Origin: a bacterium
Lineage (GTDB): Bacteria; UBA8248
Assembly (NCBI GenBank): GCA_963692865.2
Contig: OY843592.1
Coordinates: 1,824,001-1,888,000, forward strand
Direction of reading: 5' to 3'
Length of the DNA stretch: 64,000 bases
Shown here one piece after another: positions 1-8,720 of this stretch. The notes beneath the pieces are model-generated. The model had not been told where the DNA came from. It saw only the letters and a program-made list of their open reading frames with translations, and did no database searches. A program made the position numbers and the translations under genes. Numbering within the stretch: position 1 is the first letter of the stretch; every line of letters begins with the position of its first letter.

Positions 1-59
1 GGGCAAGTCAAGTTCCTCTCCCCTGGTTCTGTCAGACCTGTTCCGCCTTTGGCTGCAGA

Positions 60-290
60 TGACGCTCCATGGGGGTCTCGCTTCTCTTCGTGATCGACTC
101 CCGAGCCGGGGGCCGTCAACAGGATGGGATCGGAGAACGAAGTGGAACAATCTTTCCTGCGCCCTCGCATCGTCACCGACGCAGCGGGGCTAGGCCGACA
201 GCGTACTCACTTCGTCCCTCGTCCCCACGGGAGCATCCCCCGCCGAGGCGGAAGCTACAGGGTTTGTCTGTGGTCCTCCTTCTTCAGTGT
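60..290 (-). ncRNA. putative bridge/seek RNA in the IS110 downstream non-coding end
   Basis: Position matches IS1111-type elements. Stem 208-220/133-144 encloses a large internal loop, and short segments match the element's junction. Boundaries are approximate. Confidence 0.55.
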
Positions 291-297
291 CTCGACC

Positions 298-1338
298 TCA
301 GGCAGCCGAAGCATCCGCGCCGTCGCGCTTCCAGCGGAACTCACTGCCATCCATCCACATGCGGTGCATGATGACGCCGAGCCGGCGGGCGAGCGCAACC
401 TTCGCGCGCGACTTGCCGCGACGCTTCGCCACACCCATCGCCCAGGCTTTCAGCCATGACCACCGCGTCGTGCGCCCGAGCAAGACGTTGGCGGCTTCGT
501 AGAGCGCCGCGCGCATCATCGCGTCGCCGCATTTGGAGATGCTTCCCGTGCGGTCGACCTCTCCGGATTGCCATTTGCGAGGCACAAGCCCGAAGTGCGC
601 GCCCACCGAGCGCGAGCGCGCAAAACGCGATGGCACGTCGACGCTCGCCCGGAAGGTGAGCGCCGTCACCGGACCCACGCCGGGAACCGTCATCAGGCGC
701 CGGCAGACCGGATCGGCTCGCGCCGCCTCCAGCATCATCCTGTGCAGCCGGACGTATTCCGCCAGCAGCGCAGAGCGAGCCCGCAGCATCGGCGCCACCA
801 GGCGCGCCAACTCCGGGCGCTCCGCGACCAGACACCCTACACGCGCCTCCAAACCGCGACGGGTGACCTTGCCCATCTTCAGCCCGAAGTTGCGCAGCGT
901 GCCCCGGATGTGGGCCTCGGCGTCGCACAACTGCTTCAGCATGAACCTGCGGTTGGCGAGGAGCATGCGTTTTTCCTGGCTCGACACCGTCTTCACGTGC
1001 ACCGGGCGAATCAGGTTCGCGCGAACCAACTGGGCGATGCCGCGCGCGTCGTCGCGGTCGCTCTTGTTCACCGTCGCCGAGAGCACCGCCTTCAGTTGCC
1101 GCGTCTCGGCGCAAACCACCGGGAACCCGGCCTCGGCCAGACCGTCATGGAGCCACTGTGACAGCGGCCCCGCCTCCAGGCAGATGCGCGTTACGCCGAA
1201 GGCCAGTCCGGTGAAGAACGCCACGAGGGCCGCGGGTTCGCTCGCGACCTTCGCCTCCCGGACGATCCCGCCCTCCGCGTCCACCACGCACACACTCGTC
1301 CACTCCAACGACACGTCGAGTCCTGCAAAGTAGTTCAT
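298..1338 (-). CDS. IS110-family transposase/recombinase
   Basis: N-terminal DEDD RuvC motifs (GLDVS, LEAG, KSDRDDA); C-terminal VPGVG...GLVP..QSG...GSISKCG...ALARRL; GGAGG RBS. Confidence 0.95.
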   Translation of the reverse strand: MNYFAGLDVSLEWTSVCVVDAEGGIVREAKVASEPAALVAFFTGLAFGVTRICLEAGPLSQWLHDGLAEAGFPVVCAETRQLKAVLSATVNKSDRDDARGIAQLVRANLIRPVHVKTVSSQEKRMLLANRRFMLKQLCDAEAHIRGTLRNFGLKMGKVTRRGLEARVGCLVAERPELARLVAPMLRARSALLAEYVRLHRMMLEAARADPVCRRLMTVPGVGPVTALTFRASVDVPSRFARSRSVGAHFGLVPRKWQSGEVDRTGSISKCGDAMMRAALYEAANVLLGRTTRWSWLKAWAMGVAKRRGKSRAKVALARRLGVIMHRMWMDGSEFRWKRDGADASAA

Positions 1339-1483
1339 GACTGCTCCTCCTGCGGGCGCGTAGAGACCGGACCATCCCGGCCTCGCCTCGAATCATAAGG
1401 CAGAGGAACATCCGCCACACGCGGTAGTTCGCAGACCAACCCGATTACCCCATCTTCCCTTTCGGTTCTTTTTTCTCTCAAGA

Positions 1484-1512
1484 ATTGTTTCAATAATAAA
1501 ACGTTTTGTCAA
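1484..1512 (-). promoter_or_regulatory. sigma70-like promoter TTGACA-N17-AACAAT facing the IS
   Basis: Consensus -35 with a 17-nt spacer in an AT-rich patch. Confidence 0.55.
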
Positions 1513-1582
1513 TAAATCCGGCAATCCGGCGCCGCCGGCCATTCTTCATCATTCCCTTTTCAACAACCCCGGATGCGGCGGC

Positions 1583-3295
1583 CTACGCCCCCTCCGCGAT
1601 TGCGCTCGCGGCGTCGAGGCCGGCGACGACGCGGTTCTTCTCGCGCACGACCCGCGTGTATATGACTCTGCCCGCGTCGCTCCCGGGGCCGCGTTCCACG
1701 AGATTCTCGATGCACCGGAGGCCGGGAAGCCGGAACGCGCCGCTCGCCGGGTCGTGGTCGAACGGCCCCGCCAGCGTGTAGAGCGCGGGGTTCACCGCGT
1801 GGCTCATGTCGAGCAGCGCGCGGCCCGCGCGGGCGGCGTCGATGCCGGCGAGCCTCGCGTTCAGCGCCGCGCAGGCTTTGGCGAAGCGCGCCCCCGCCTC
1901 GCTGAGATCGCCCAGGTCCACCGCGTCGCCGCCCAGTGATTCGAGCCGCTCTATCTCCTCGTTCACGACGGCGGCGGTCGCGGCGTGGTTCAGGGGGATT
2001 CGCTCCAGGGCGCAAAGCTCGTGGAGCGCGCCCGCGTAGAGGCGGCAGTGTTCGGCGAGCAAGTCCTTGTCCATCTTGTCGAGCGTGTCGTCGGGGTGGT
2101 GCCAGTACTCGGGAAAGCCGCTCTCGGGGTGGTCCTTCCGGAGGTCGGGGTGGCCGGGCGGGAGGACGGGCAGGAAGGAGAACGAGGGAACCCCCACCCC
2201 CCACAGCGACTGGTCGGCCATCTTGCGGGGGTGGTCGGGCCGCGTATCCTGGCCGCCGATGCGCGCGACGGCGTCCCGCACCCAGTCGCGGACGTCCGCC
2301 GTGGAGAAGGGGCGGTAGAGCGTCGCGCCCTTACAGCCCGGCTGGTCGATGTTGAGATACGCCGCGCAGTTCCGGCGCAGTTCGCGGAAGGCGTGGTCCG
2401 CGTACCAGGTGGAGCCGGAGAAGCGCCCGTGCGAGTGGCCGTTCCACCAGGCGACCTTGAGGCCGCGCCTGAGTTCGCCCCGCATCTCGTGCGCGATCCG
2501 CGCGAGCTCCATGAGCGCCGCGTCGCCCGCCGCGTTGTCGTTGGCCCCGACGTGCCAGGAGTCGATGTGCCCGCCGGCGAGGACGTACTCCTCGCTGCCG
2601 CTGCCGGGCGCGATGCTCGCCACGGGCATGAGCGTCTCGCGCCAGGCGGTGTCCGTCTCGGCGAAGACGCGGAGATTCACCTCTTCTCTCCTTTTCAGGC
2701 GCTCCAGCAGCCCCGCGCCCTGTTCGCGCGACAAGGTGACGACGGGCGTCTTCGGCAGCCGCGCGATGCTTTCGGGCGTCGGCGCGCCCCAGATGGTGGA
2801 GACGGTGAGTTCGTGCGCGTTGCCTTTATTGACGTAGACCTGCGCGACCGCCCCGCGCCGCTCGAAGTGATGGAAGCGCCCGGGGCTCAGCATCCCCTCC
2901 GCCACGACGACGCGCCCCGCGACGGGGAGTTCCCCCGACGGCCCCGTATAGAAAGGATCGGTGAAGGGCGTATCGGGCGCGCCGGCCTCGCCTGTATAAA
3001 CGGCCTGGCCCCTCGCGCCGGCCTCCCCCGCGGAGGCGCCGAAGACGGCCGTGATGGCGGGAATGCGCTCCTCCTCCCCGCCCGCTCCCGTGACGACCAG
3101 CGCCGCCGCGCCGGGTATGCTGATGAGCGATTCGAACGCGTGGACTTCCACGTCGATCCCGAGCGCGGCGAGCTCCGCCTCGACGTAGCGCACGGCCTCG
3201 TTCTCGCCCTCAGAGCCGGTGTAGCGCTCCCACCGGTAGATGCCCTCCAAATTTCGCCACAGGGAATCGGCGTTCACTTTCTCGCGAGCGGACAT
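1583..3295 (-). CDS. M28-family metallopeptidase with PA domain
   Basis: GGHIDSW, GANDNAAG, WWNGHSHG..GS, YLNIDQPG and YWHHPDDT motifs. Confidence 0.85.
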   Translation of the reverse strand: MSAREKVNADSLWRNLEGIYRWERYTGSEGENEAVRYVEAELAALGIDVEVHAFESLISIPGAAALVVTGAGGEEERIPAITAVFGASAGEAGARGQAVYTGEAGAPDTPFTDPFYTGPSGELPVAGRVVVAEGMLSPGRFHHFERRGAVAQVYVNKGNAHELTVSTIWGAPTPESIARLPKTPVVTLSREQGAGLLERLKRREEVNLRVFAETDTAWRETLMPVASIAPGSGSEEYVLAGGHIDSWHVGANDNAAGDAALMELARIAHEMRGELRRGLKVAWWNGHSHGRFSGSTWYADHAFRELRRNCAAYLNIDQPGCKGATLYRPFSTADVRDWVRDAVARIGGQDTRPDHPRKMADQSLWGVGVPSFSFLPVLPPGHPDLRKDHPESGFPEYWHHPDDTLDKMDKDLLAEHCRLYAGALHELCALERIPLNHAATAAVVNEEIERLESLGGDAVDLGDLSEAGARFAKACAALNARLAGIDAARAGRALLDMSHAVNPALYTLAGPFDHDPASGAFRLPGLRCIENLVERGPGSDAGRVIYTRVVREKNRVVAGLDAASAIAEGA

Positions 3296-3339
3296 GGCGT
3301 CTCCATATAAAAAGGCGCGCGGCGCGCGCGGGGTATATT

Positions 3340-4045
3340 CACTCCCCTCTTGGGGGGTGTTGTTGAAAAACCTATCCCTCTCGCATCAACCACGTTTTAC
3401 CCGTAGGTCGGACATATATGTCCGACATAGTATGCGGCCCCTACAAAACCATCGCGCGGGCCGCAGGATCGTTGGAAAAGTCCTCCTCGCGCGGATTGAC
3501 CACCGCCGCGCGCGGCGTATGTTCACTCCCCCCTTGGGGGGGTAATCTCGTAACACGCGAGATATGCAATCACTCCCCCCTTGAGGGGGAGTAGCAGAAG
3601 CCGAGCGGTTTGTGCGAAGGCTGATGCGTGGGGGGACAAACGCGAGTGAGGAACGAGCGTTTGCATAAGCCATTGAGAAACACATCTGCTCGCAATTTCT
3701 CGCTCATCGCTCGAAATTGACCCCCCACCGGTTCGGTTTCGGGAAAAACCCCCTCACCTCACCGTCGGTCTTCCCCGAGGGAGACCGACCCTCAAGGGGG
3801 GAGTGGTTCTTCTTTCTCGTCTGTCGGTCACATTCGCCGAATCGCGAAATCAAGTTTCGAAAACCCCATTCTAGTACACCGTCGGCGGAAAACCGAGCGC
3901 GGCCGGGCGTTGCGGGCGGCGGCGCTTCGGGGGAGAATCACCGAAACGGATTCCCGTCCATCCGGGGCTGTTGAAAAACCCCTCGTCGGGGGCGTCGCCT
4001 TTACCCCCTTGTCGGGGGGGGGGGGGCTTTTTCAACAAAACCCAT
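3340..4045. repeat. REP/MITE mosaic
   Basis: Contains GTAGGTCGGACATATATGTCCGAC, GCGGCCCCTAC, CCCCCTTGAGGGGGG hairpins and (G/C)TGTTGAAAAA/TTTTTCAACA terminal motifs. Confidence 0.85.
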
Positions 4046-4063
4046 CCGGGGGAACGCTCACTC

Positions 4064-4471
4064 ATGTGGCGGAAGATATCCAGGCCGTTCTTCCTGACGC
4101 TCGGCTGCGTCTGTCTGGCCCTGGGCTTCATCGGCCTGCTGCTGCCCGTCCTGCCGACGACGCCCTTCATCCTGCTGGCGGCGTTCGCCTTCTCGAAGAG
4201 CTCGGAGCGGCTCCACGCCTGGCTGCTGAATCACAAACTCTACGGGCCGCTCATCACCAACTGGCAGCGCCACGGCGTCATCCGCCCCCGGGCGAAGTGG
4301 ACTTCGGTCTCGCTCATCGCCGTGCTCGCGGGGCCATCGATCTACCTCCTGAGCGCGCCGGCATACGCGAAGATTCTGCTCGCCGCCGTCTGCGCGTGCG
4401 TGGTCTGCTTCATCGTTACCAGGCCGGGGGCGATTCCGGGGGAGGGGGGAGATCCCCAAAATCGAACGTAG
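4064..4471 (+). CDS. ybaN: YbaN/DUF454 inner-membrane protein
   Basis: GFIGLLLPVLPTTPFILLAA...SSERLHAWLLNHKLYGP signature; start moved to ATG 4064. Confidence 0.85.
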   Translation: MWRKISRPFFLTLGCVCLALGFIGLLLPVLPTTPFILLAAFAFSKSSERLHAWLLNHKLYGPLITNWQRHGVIRPRAKWTSVSLIAVLAGPSIYLLSAPAYAKILLAAVCACVVCFIVTRPGAIPGEGGDPQNRT

Positions 4472-4476
4472 GCGTC

Positions 4477-4720
4477 GTAGGGACAGGCCTCCGTGCCTGT
4501 CCTGCCCTCCGTGGTTGTCCTTTTTCGGACAGGCACGGAGGCCTGTCCCTACAGTCGTCATTCGGAGCGTAGGGGTCGCATAGTATGCGACCCGCATATC
4601 GAACGGGGAGGGCCGCATGATATGTCGGACATATATGTCCGACCTACACCGACACCCGAACGGCGCCTGTCCTGATTTCAACCATCCTGCAAAAGGACAA
4701 CCACGGAGGGTTGTCCCTAC
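4477..4720. repeat. REPIN-like inverted REP doublet plus further GTAG REPs
   Basis: GTAGGGACAGGCCTCCGTGCCTGTCC ... GGACAGGCACGGAGGCCTGTCCCTAC, followed by GTAGGGGTCGCAT and GTCGGACATATATGTCCGACCTAC units. Confidence 0.85.
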
Positions 4721-4774
4721 ATTTCGTTTCGCATGAACCTGTCCAGCCACCCGCCCTATATAAAGGAGAAACCC

Positions 4775-5164
4775 ATGAACGAGGAACGCTACGAGCGCGG
4801 GCTCGCCGTCCGCAAATCACTCGGCATCTACGGGGAGGACGGCCTCGCGGGCGCGTTCACCGAGTTGAACGAACTCGCGCCGACGCACGCGCGCGCCATC
4901 GTGGAGTACGTCTTCGGCGAGTGCTGGAGCCAGCCCCTGCTCGACAACCGGACGCGCGAGATGATGATCGTCGCCGCCGCCGCCGCCCAGGACCTCACAG
5001 GCGAGGTGGAGATCCACTCACGCGGCCTGCTGAACCAGGGGCTGAGTCCCGAGGAACTCGTCGAGGGCGTCGTCTCGCTCTGCCCCTACATCGGCTTCCC
5101 GAAGACGAACCACGCTCTCGCCGCCGCCAAGCGCGCGATCGGGCAACACGCGGCGGGAGCGTAG
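4775..5164 (+). CDS. carboxymuconolactone decarboxylase (AhpD/CMD) family protein
   Basis: YERGLAVR...FGECWSQP.LD.RTRE...YIGFP pattern; AGGAG RBS. Confidence 0.85.
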   Translation: MNEERYERGLAVRKSLGIYGEDGLAGAFTELNELAPTHARAIVEYVFGECWSQPLLDNRTREMMIVAAAAAQDLTGEVEIHSRGLLNQGLSPEELVEGVVSLCPYIGFPKTNHALAAAKRAIGQHAAGA

Positions 5165-5357
5165 GCGGGCGGGCCGCGTCGTCATTCGAGGGGGTTCGTG
5201 GGGGCAATCCCTCCCCGGGACCGCCCCGCCGTTCGCGAACGGCCCTGCCCGGCGGAGAAACGGGCGCTCCCTTGCAGGGGTCGCAGGGGCCGCATGATAT
5301 GTCGGACGCATATGTCCGACCTGCGGGTGAGGCGATGGCTTTGTCGAGGGGTCGTCC

Positions 5358-5930
5358 CTACGGGTCCCGCGCGGGCGGCGCGGCGGTGCGGCGGATGAGC
5401 TCCCGGAGCGCCTCGCGCTGGGCGCTCTGCTCCTCGCGCTGGCTTTCCTGGGCCTTGCTCTGGGCGTTCAGCGCCGCCATGGTTGCTTCGTGGGCCGCCA
5501 TCGTTTCTTCGTGGGCCGCCATGGTTGCTTCGTGGGCCGCCATGGCTTCGCGGTGCCGTTCGCTCTGCTCCTCGCGCTCGGCTCTGAGCGCGGCCATGGT
5601 TTCTTCGTGGGCCGCCATGGTTTCTTCGTGCGCGGCCATGGTTTCCTCGTGGGCGGCCATGGCTTCGCGGTGTCGGCCCTCCATCGCCGCCATGGTTTTT
5701 TCATGGGCGGCCATGGTCTCGCGGTGCAGGTTGTCGCGGTGGATCGCGGCGCGGCGCATCATGTAGAGGCCGTAGGCGATCAGGGCGCATTGCGCGGCCC
5801 CGACCAGGGCGGCGACCCACACGGCGGCCCGCTGGACGGCGAGGGCGGCCTGCTGCGCCGCGAGAGCGGCTTCCTGCAGGGTGAGGCTTGACTGCTGCAC
5901 GGCGAGGCTTGCGGCTTCGTATTCCGTCAT
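5358..5930 (-). CDS. single-TM coiled-coil protein with MAAHEET heptad repeats
   Basis: AGGAG RBS before MTEYE, one hydrophobic helix, and about 8 tandem 21-bp units. Confidence 0.75.
   Translation of the reverse strand: MTEYEAASLAVQQSSLTLQEAALAAQQAALAVQRAAVWVAALVGAAQCALIAYGLYMMRRAAIHRDNLHRETMAAHEKTMAAMEGRHREAMAAHEETMAAHEETMAAHEETMAALRAEREEQSERHREAMAAHEATMAAHEETMAAHEATMAALNAQSKAQESQREEQSAQREALRELIRRTAAPPARDP
5474..5720 (-). repeat. 21-bp coding tandem repeat
   Basis: ATGGC(G/C)GC(C/G)CACGAAG(A/C)AACC units in two blocks. Confidence 0.9.
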
Positions 5931-6059
5931 TTCGTTTTCTCCTGCTACGGCGCGCATCCTCGTGGAGTAGTTCCCCCAGTATCGCCCGCGGCGGGGGGCA
6001 AGTCAAAGGCGCGGGACGGCGGGGGGGCGCGTCCGCATCATCCGGGCGGCGTCGTTTCG

Positions 6060-6290
6060 TTCCCCCCTCAAGGGCCTGTTGAAAAACCCGTCCCTCTCGC
6101 GTCAACCACGTTCTGCCCGCGGGCCGGACGTGTATGTCCGGCCCGCAAAACCATCGCCTCACCCGCAGGGGCCGTTCGAGAACGGCCCTGCCCGGCGGAG
6201 AAACGGGCGCTTCTTTGCAGGGGTCGTAGGGGCCGCATACCATGCGGCCCGCGTCAGGCGGCGAAAAAGGCCGGGCCGCATGGTATGCGC
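6060..6290. repeat. REP/MITE mosaic
   Basis: Same modules as 3340-4045 and 5190-5350, including CCGTTCG(C/A)GAACGG and GGCCGCAT..ATGCGGCC. Confidence 0.8.
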
Positions 6291-6383
6291 GGGACAACCC
6301 CTCTTCGGGGTCGTCCCGCTGCGCCTCCCGTGTTTGACTTCGCCAGCCTTGAGTTTCTCTCCTCCCCGCTCCGCAATCAAGCC

Positions 6384-6413
6384 TTGACAAAACCGCGGGG
6401 ATTCCCGCAAAGT
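6384..6413 (+). promoter_or_regulatory. sigma70-like promoter, paralog of the 8104 promoter
   Basis: CTTGACAAAACCGCGGGGATTCCCGCA aligns with CTTGACAAACCCGAAGAAATTGCCGCA at 8103. Confidence 0.5.
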
Positions 6414-6545
6414 GGGTCCGCGCGGCGCAATCGACGGGGTGAATGACCGGCGGACGCCGCCTCCGGCGAGGCGGCCTTTCCGCAAAAGGCCGGAACGGGC
6501 GGCAAATTCACCTTGACAAGACGCGGAAGATTGTAGGAATATCGT

Positions 6546-6678
6546 GGTTGCGACACGTCCCACGAGGTGCAGTCGACTTCGGGCTGCCCGCTGAATACAA
6601 GACGGCCCTCCCCGAGAGGGGCGAAATAGGCGGGAACCCACCTCAAGAACTTCTTACCTTGTGGATTGTGTCGCGACC
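6546..6678 (+). ncRNA. candidate structured ncRNA of unknown class (weak 6S-like features)
   Basis: Lies directly after TTGACA (6513). An imperfect closing stem of ~22 bp (GGTTGCGACAC..CCACGAGGT / ACCTTGTGG..GTGTCGCGACC) encloses further hairpins. Confidence 0.45.
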
Positions 6679-7014
6679 GGCCCGGACTGCACGCGCGGGC
6701 GGCCGCGCGGGACGGCGCAACCGGGAGAACAGCGAGCGGCGCTCAGGCCGCCCGCAGACGCGAGGGGAAAGGAGGCTCATCGGACGAGACGCGAACGCGT
6801 CGGGAAACGCCTGTACCGGAACCGGCTTTGCGGCACGATTCACGAGGCGCGGTCATCCCCCGGTATGACGGTGGAAAATGAGGACCCGACTCCCACCTCT
6901 GACGGAACGGCCAAGCGGGCCCGTCTCCGTCGACGATCCTCCTGTGGATTGTATGCCGAAGCGGAACGGACGGCGCGGGCGACCCACCCGCCGTCCTCCG
7001 CTCCGCTTTCATAA

Positions 7015-7367
7015 AGCACACAACCGGTTTTACGGCCCGGTCGATAGCACAACCACCACCGATAAGCGCACGGCCTATACGGGAACTCTCACCTGTCCTG
7101 CGGCCGGTTCGTGCGCCACTACCATTACCGGCAGCGGCGATAGCCAGACGATTGCGGTAACCGGCTACAAGTTCACGGGAAGCCGACAGGCCAGTCCGGC
7201 TGTTACTGCGTCGGACGGCGTGAGCGGACGAGAGCGCCACGGTGGCGCCCGGCTCCGTCGCGGGCACGTTCGGCGTTACCGGAACCGACAAGATGGGGAC
7301 GCCGGACGACGCCACGGACGACGTCACCACCAGCTACGTGGGCGCGTTCGGCGCGCACAAGCAGTAG
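7015..7367 (+). pseudogene. truncated, frameshifted paralog of the 8721 surface lipoprotein
   Basis: Translates as RFYGP...GTLTCPAAGSC...GYKF, then in another frame PGSVAGTFGVTG...YVGAFGAHKQ*. The intact gene ends PGSAAGTFGVTG...IIGAFGAHNTQQ*. No signal peptide. Confidence 0.8.
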
Positions 7368-7511
7368 AACGAAGCGCGATCGCTTCCGGCTCCGGGGCCG
7401 GGGCGGACGCATGAAGGATGAAAGATGGAAGACGAAGGATGACGGGAAAGACGCGCTCCGGCGGCCGGAAGGCGACGGAAGCGGGAGCCGCGCGGATGAG
7501 GGAGAGGAAAG

Positions 7512-7624
7512 AAGAAAAGGGGGGTGCCCGTTGGTTGCTTCCCTCGTGATAGAGCAAACTGTACCGCTCCCTGTTTAGAGTTTGAGTCCTCGAGCCGGGA
7601 ACGGGAACAAGCGGGCATCCCCCA
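7512..7624 (-). ncRNA. candidate small structured RNA, copy 1
   Basis: Promoter TTGCCA-N17-TATAAG (7658-7630); closing stem 7623-7608/7533-7519; apical GAG-GACTCAAA-CTC hairpin; paralog at 10912-11024. Confidence 0.6.
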
Positions 7625-7785
7625 CTCCCCTTATACGGATTTTCCCGGCGTTTGGCAAGACGGAAAAAGGGCCGTCCCGCCCTCCCCGGAGGCTTCGCTC
7701 CGAACGGGCGGGCGGTTCCTTTTTTTCGCGCGTGAGGGCCGGGCCCGGCGCGATGATCCCGCAGGGGCCGCACCGAACGGCGCCC

Positions 7786-8015
7786 GTAGGGGTCGCATAT
7801 CATGCGACCCGCATATCGAACGGGGAGGGCCGCATAATATGCGGCCCCTACGGTGAGATCCCGACCGGCCCGCAAGGGCTTTTTCAACAGCCCCCTCAAG
7901 GGGGGAGTGGTTGTTCGCCGCCCCTCCGGCAACGGGCCGCATGGTATGCGGCCCCTGCAAACAAATTGTCTCTCTCCGGCTTTTCCAACAGCCCCCTCAA
8001 GGGGGGAGTGGTTGT
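7786..8015. repeat. REP/MITE mosaic
   Basis: GTAG REP doublet and two TTTTCAACAGCCCCCTCAAGGGGG-like units. Confidence 0.85.
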
Positions 8016-8052
8016 ATGCCTCGCGCGTGGCGGGATTCCCCCCCCCAGGGCC

Positions 8053-8133
8053 GAAGTTGCGCGCAAATCCAAATAGAAGTTGCGCGCAAATCCAAATAAA
8101 GGCTTGACAAACCCGAAGAAATTGCCGCACTAT
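8053..8133 (+). promoter_or_regulatory. promoter TTGACA-N18-CACTAT preceded by a 2x23-bp direct repeat
   Basis: GAAGTTGCGCGCAAATCCAAATA occurs at 8053-8075 and 8076-8098; TTGACA at 8104. Confidence 0.6.
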
Positions 8134-8327
8134 CCCAAGAGTCAAGCGATGCGCGAGAGCGGCGACCCTTCGCCCGCCGATTACCACCCGCCCCTCATTC
8201 GCGGGGCCGGGGAGAGCGGGCGCGGAGCGGCGCTCAGGCGCATCGCGAGAAGGCGGCCCGGTAAAGCGAAGACCCGAAAGACGCCGGGCGCGCGCGGACG
8301 ACATCACGAGGCAGAGGACTCAAACCC

Positions 8328-8366
8328 ATGAAGCGCTACGCCACAAAACCACCTCCAGTCTCGTGA
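8328..8366 (+). CDS. putative leader peptide 1 (MKRYATKPPPVS)
   Basis: AGAGG SD-like motif; 12 codons; paralogous to 8503-8541. Confidence 0.5.
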   Translation: MKRYATKPPPVS

Positions 8367-8502
8367 ATCATCCGGCGGCCGGCCCTTAGGCCCGCTCGCG
8401 CGGGCGGCGGGAACCGGTTTCCTTCCGGCGGCCCGCGCAAGGCGGCGGGCCCGGCGGGCGCCGGCGAAGCGGCAGACATCACGAGGCGGAGGACTCGAAC
8501 CC

Positions 8503-8541
8503 ATGAAGAAGTGCGCCGTAAAACCCCCTCCAACCTCGTAA
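8503..8541 (+). CDS. putative leader peptide 2 (MKKCAVKPPPTS)
   Basis: GGAGG SD; 12 codons; same frame and length as uORF1 with a different stop codon. Confidence 0.5.
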   Translation: MKKCAVKPPPTS

Positions 8542-8720
8542 ACCGCCCAGTGAACGGCCCGGCGCCCCGGCGCCGGTTCGAAACGCATACTCGAATGCCC
8601 GATAACGGAGGATGCCGAGAAAGTCGGAAACACCAGGAAAGGAGGTTCTTCAATCCACGAGTTTCGGTTTTGTTGTTGTCAAAGCTCTTTTTATCACGAG
8701 ACTAGGAGGACTCAAAAGTG

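Larger units (their letters stand above)
1..1455 (-). mobile_element. IS110-family (IS1111-like) insertion sequence; right end truncated by window edge
   Basis: IS110 transposase with a short (~115 nt) upstream end starting AGATGGGGTAATCGGG. The long (>=297 nt) downstream non-coding end carries a TTGACT -35-like box at the window edge. Confidence 0.85.

Noticed and set aside
5996-6006. GGGCAAGTCAA identical to window positions 1-11 (IS end)
   Set aside because: The match is only 11 bp and is explained by an independent TTGACT -35 box for the 5930 gene; there is no further similarity.
6590-6635. Hammerhead ribozyme-like CTGA...GAAA
   Set aside because: The core reads CTGAATA rather than CTGANGA, and the stem arrangement does not fit.
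8476-8545. tRNA-like GGGTTCGAGTCC on the minus strand
   Set aside because: There is no D arm, anticodon arm or CCA; it is the reverse complement of the leader motif.
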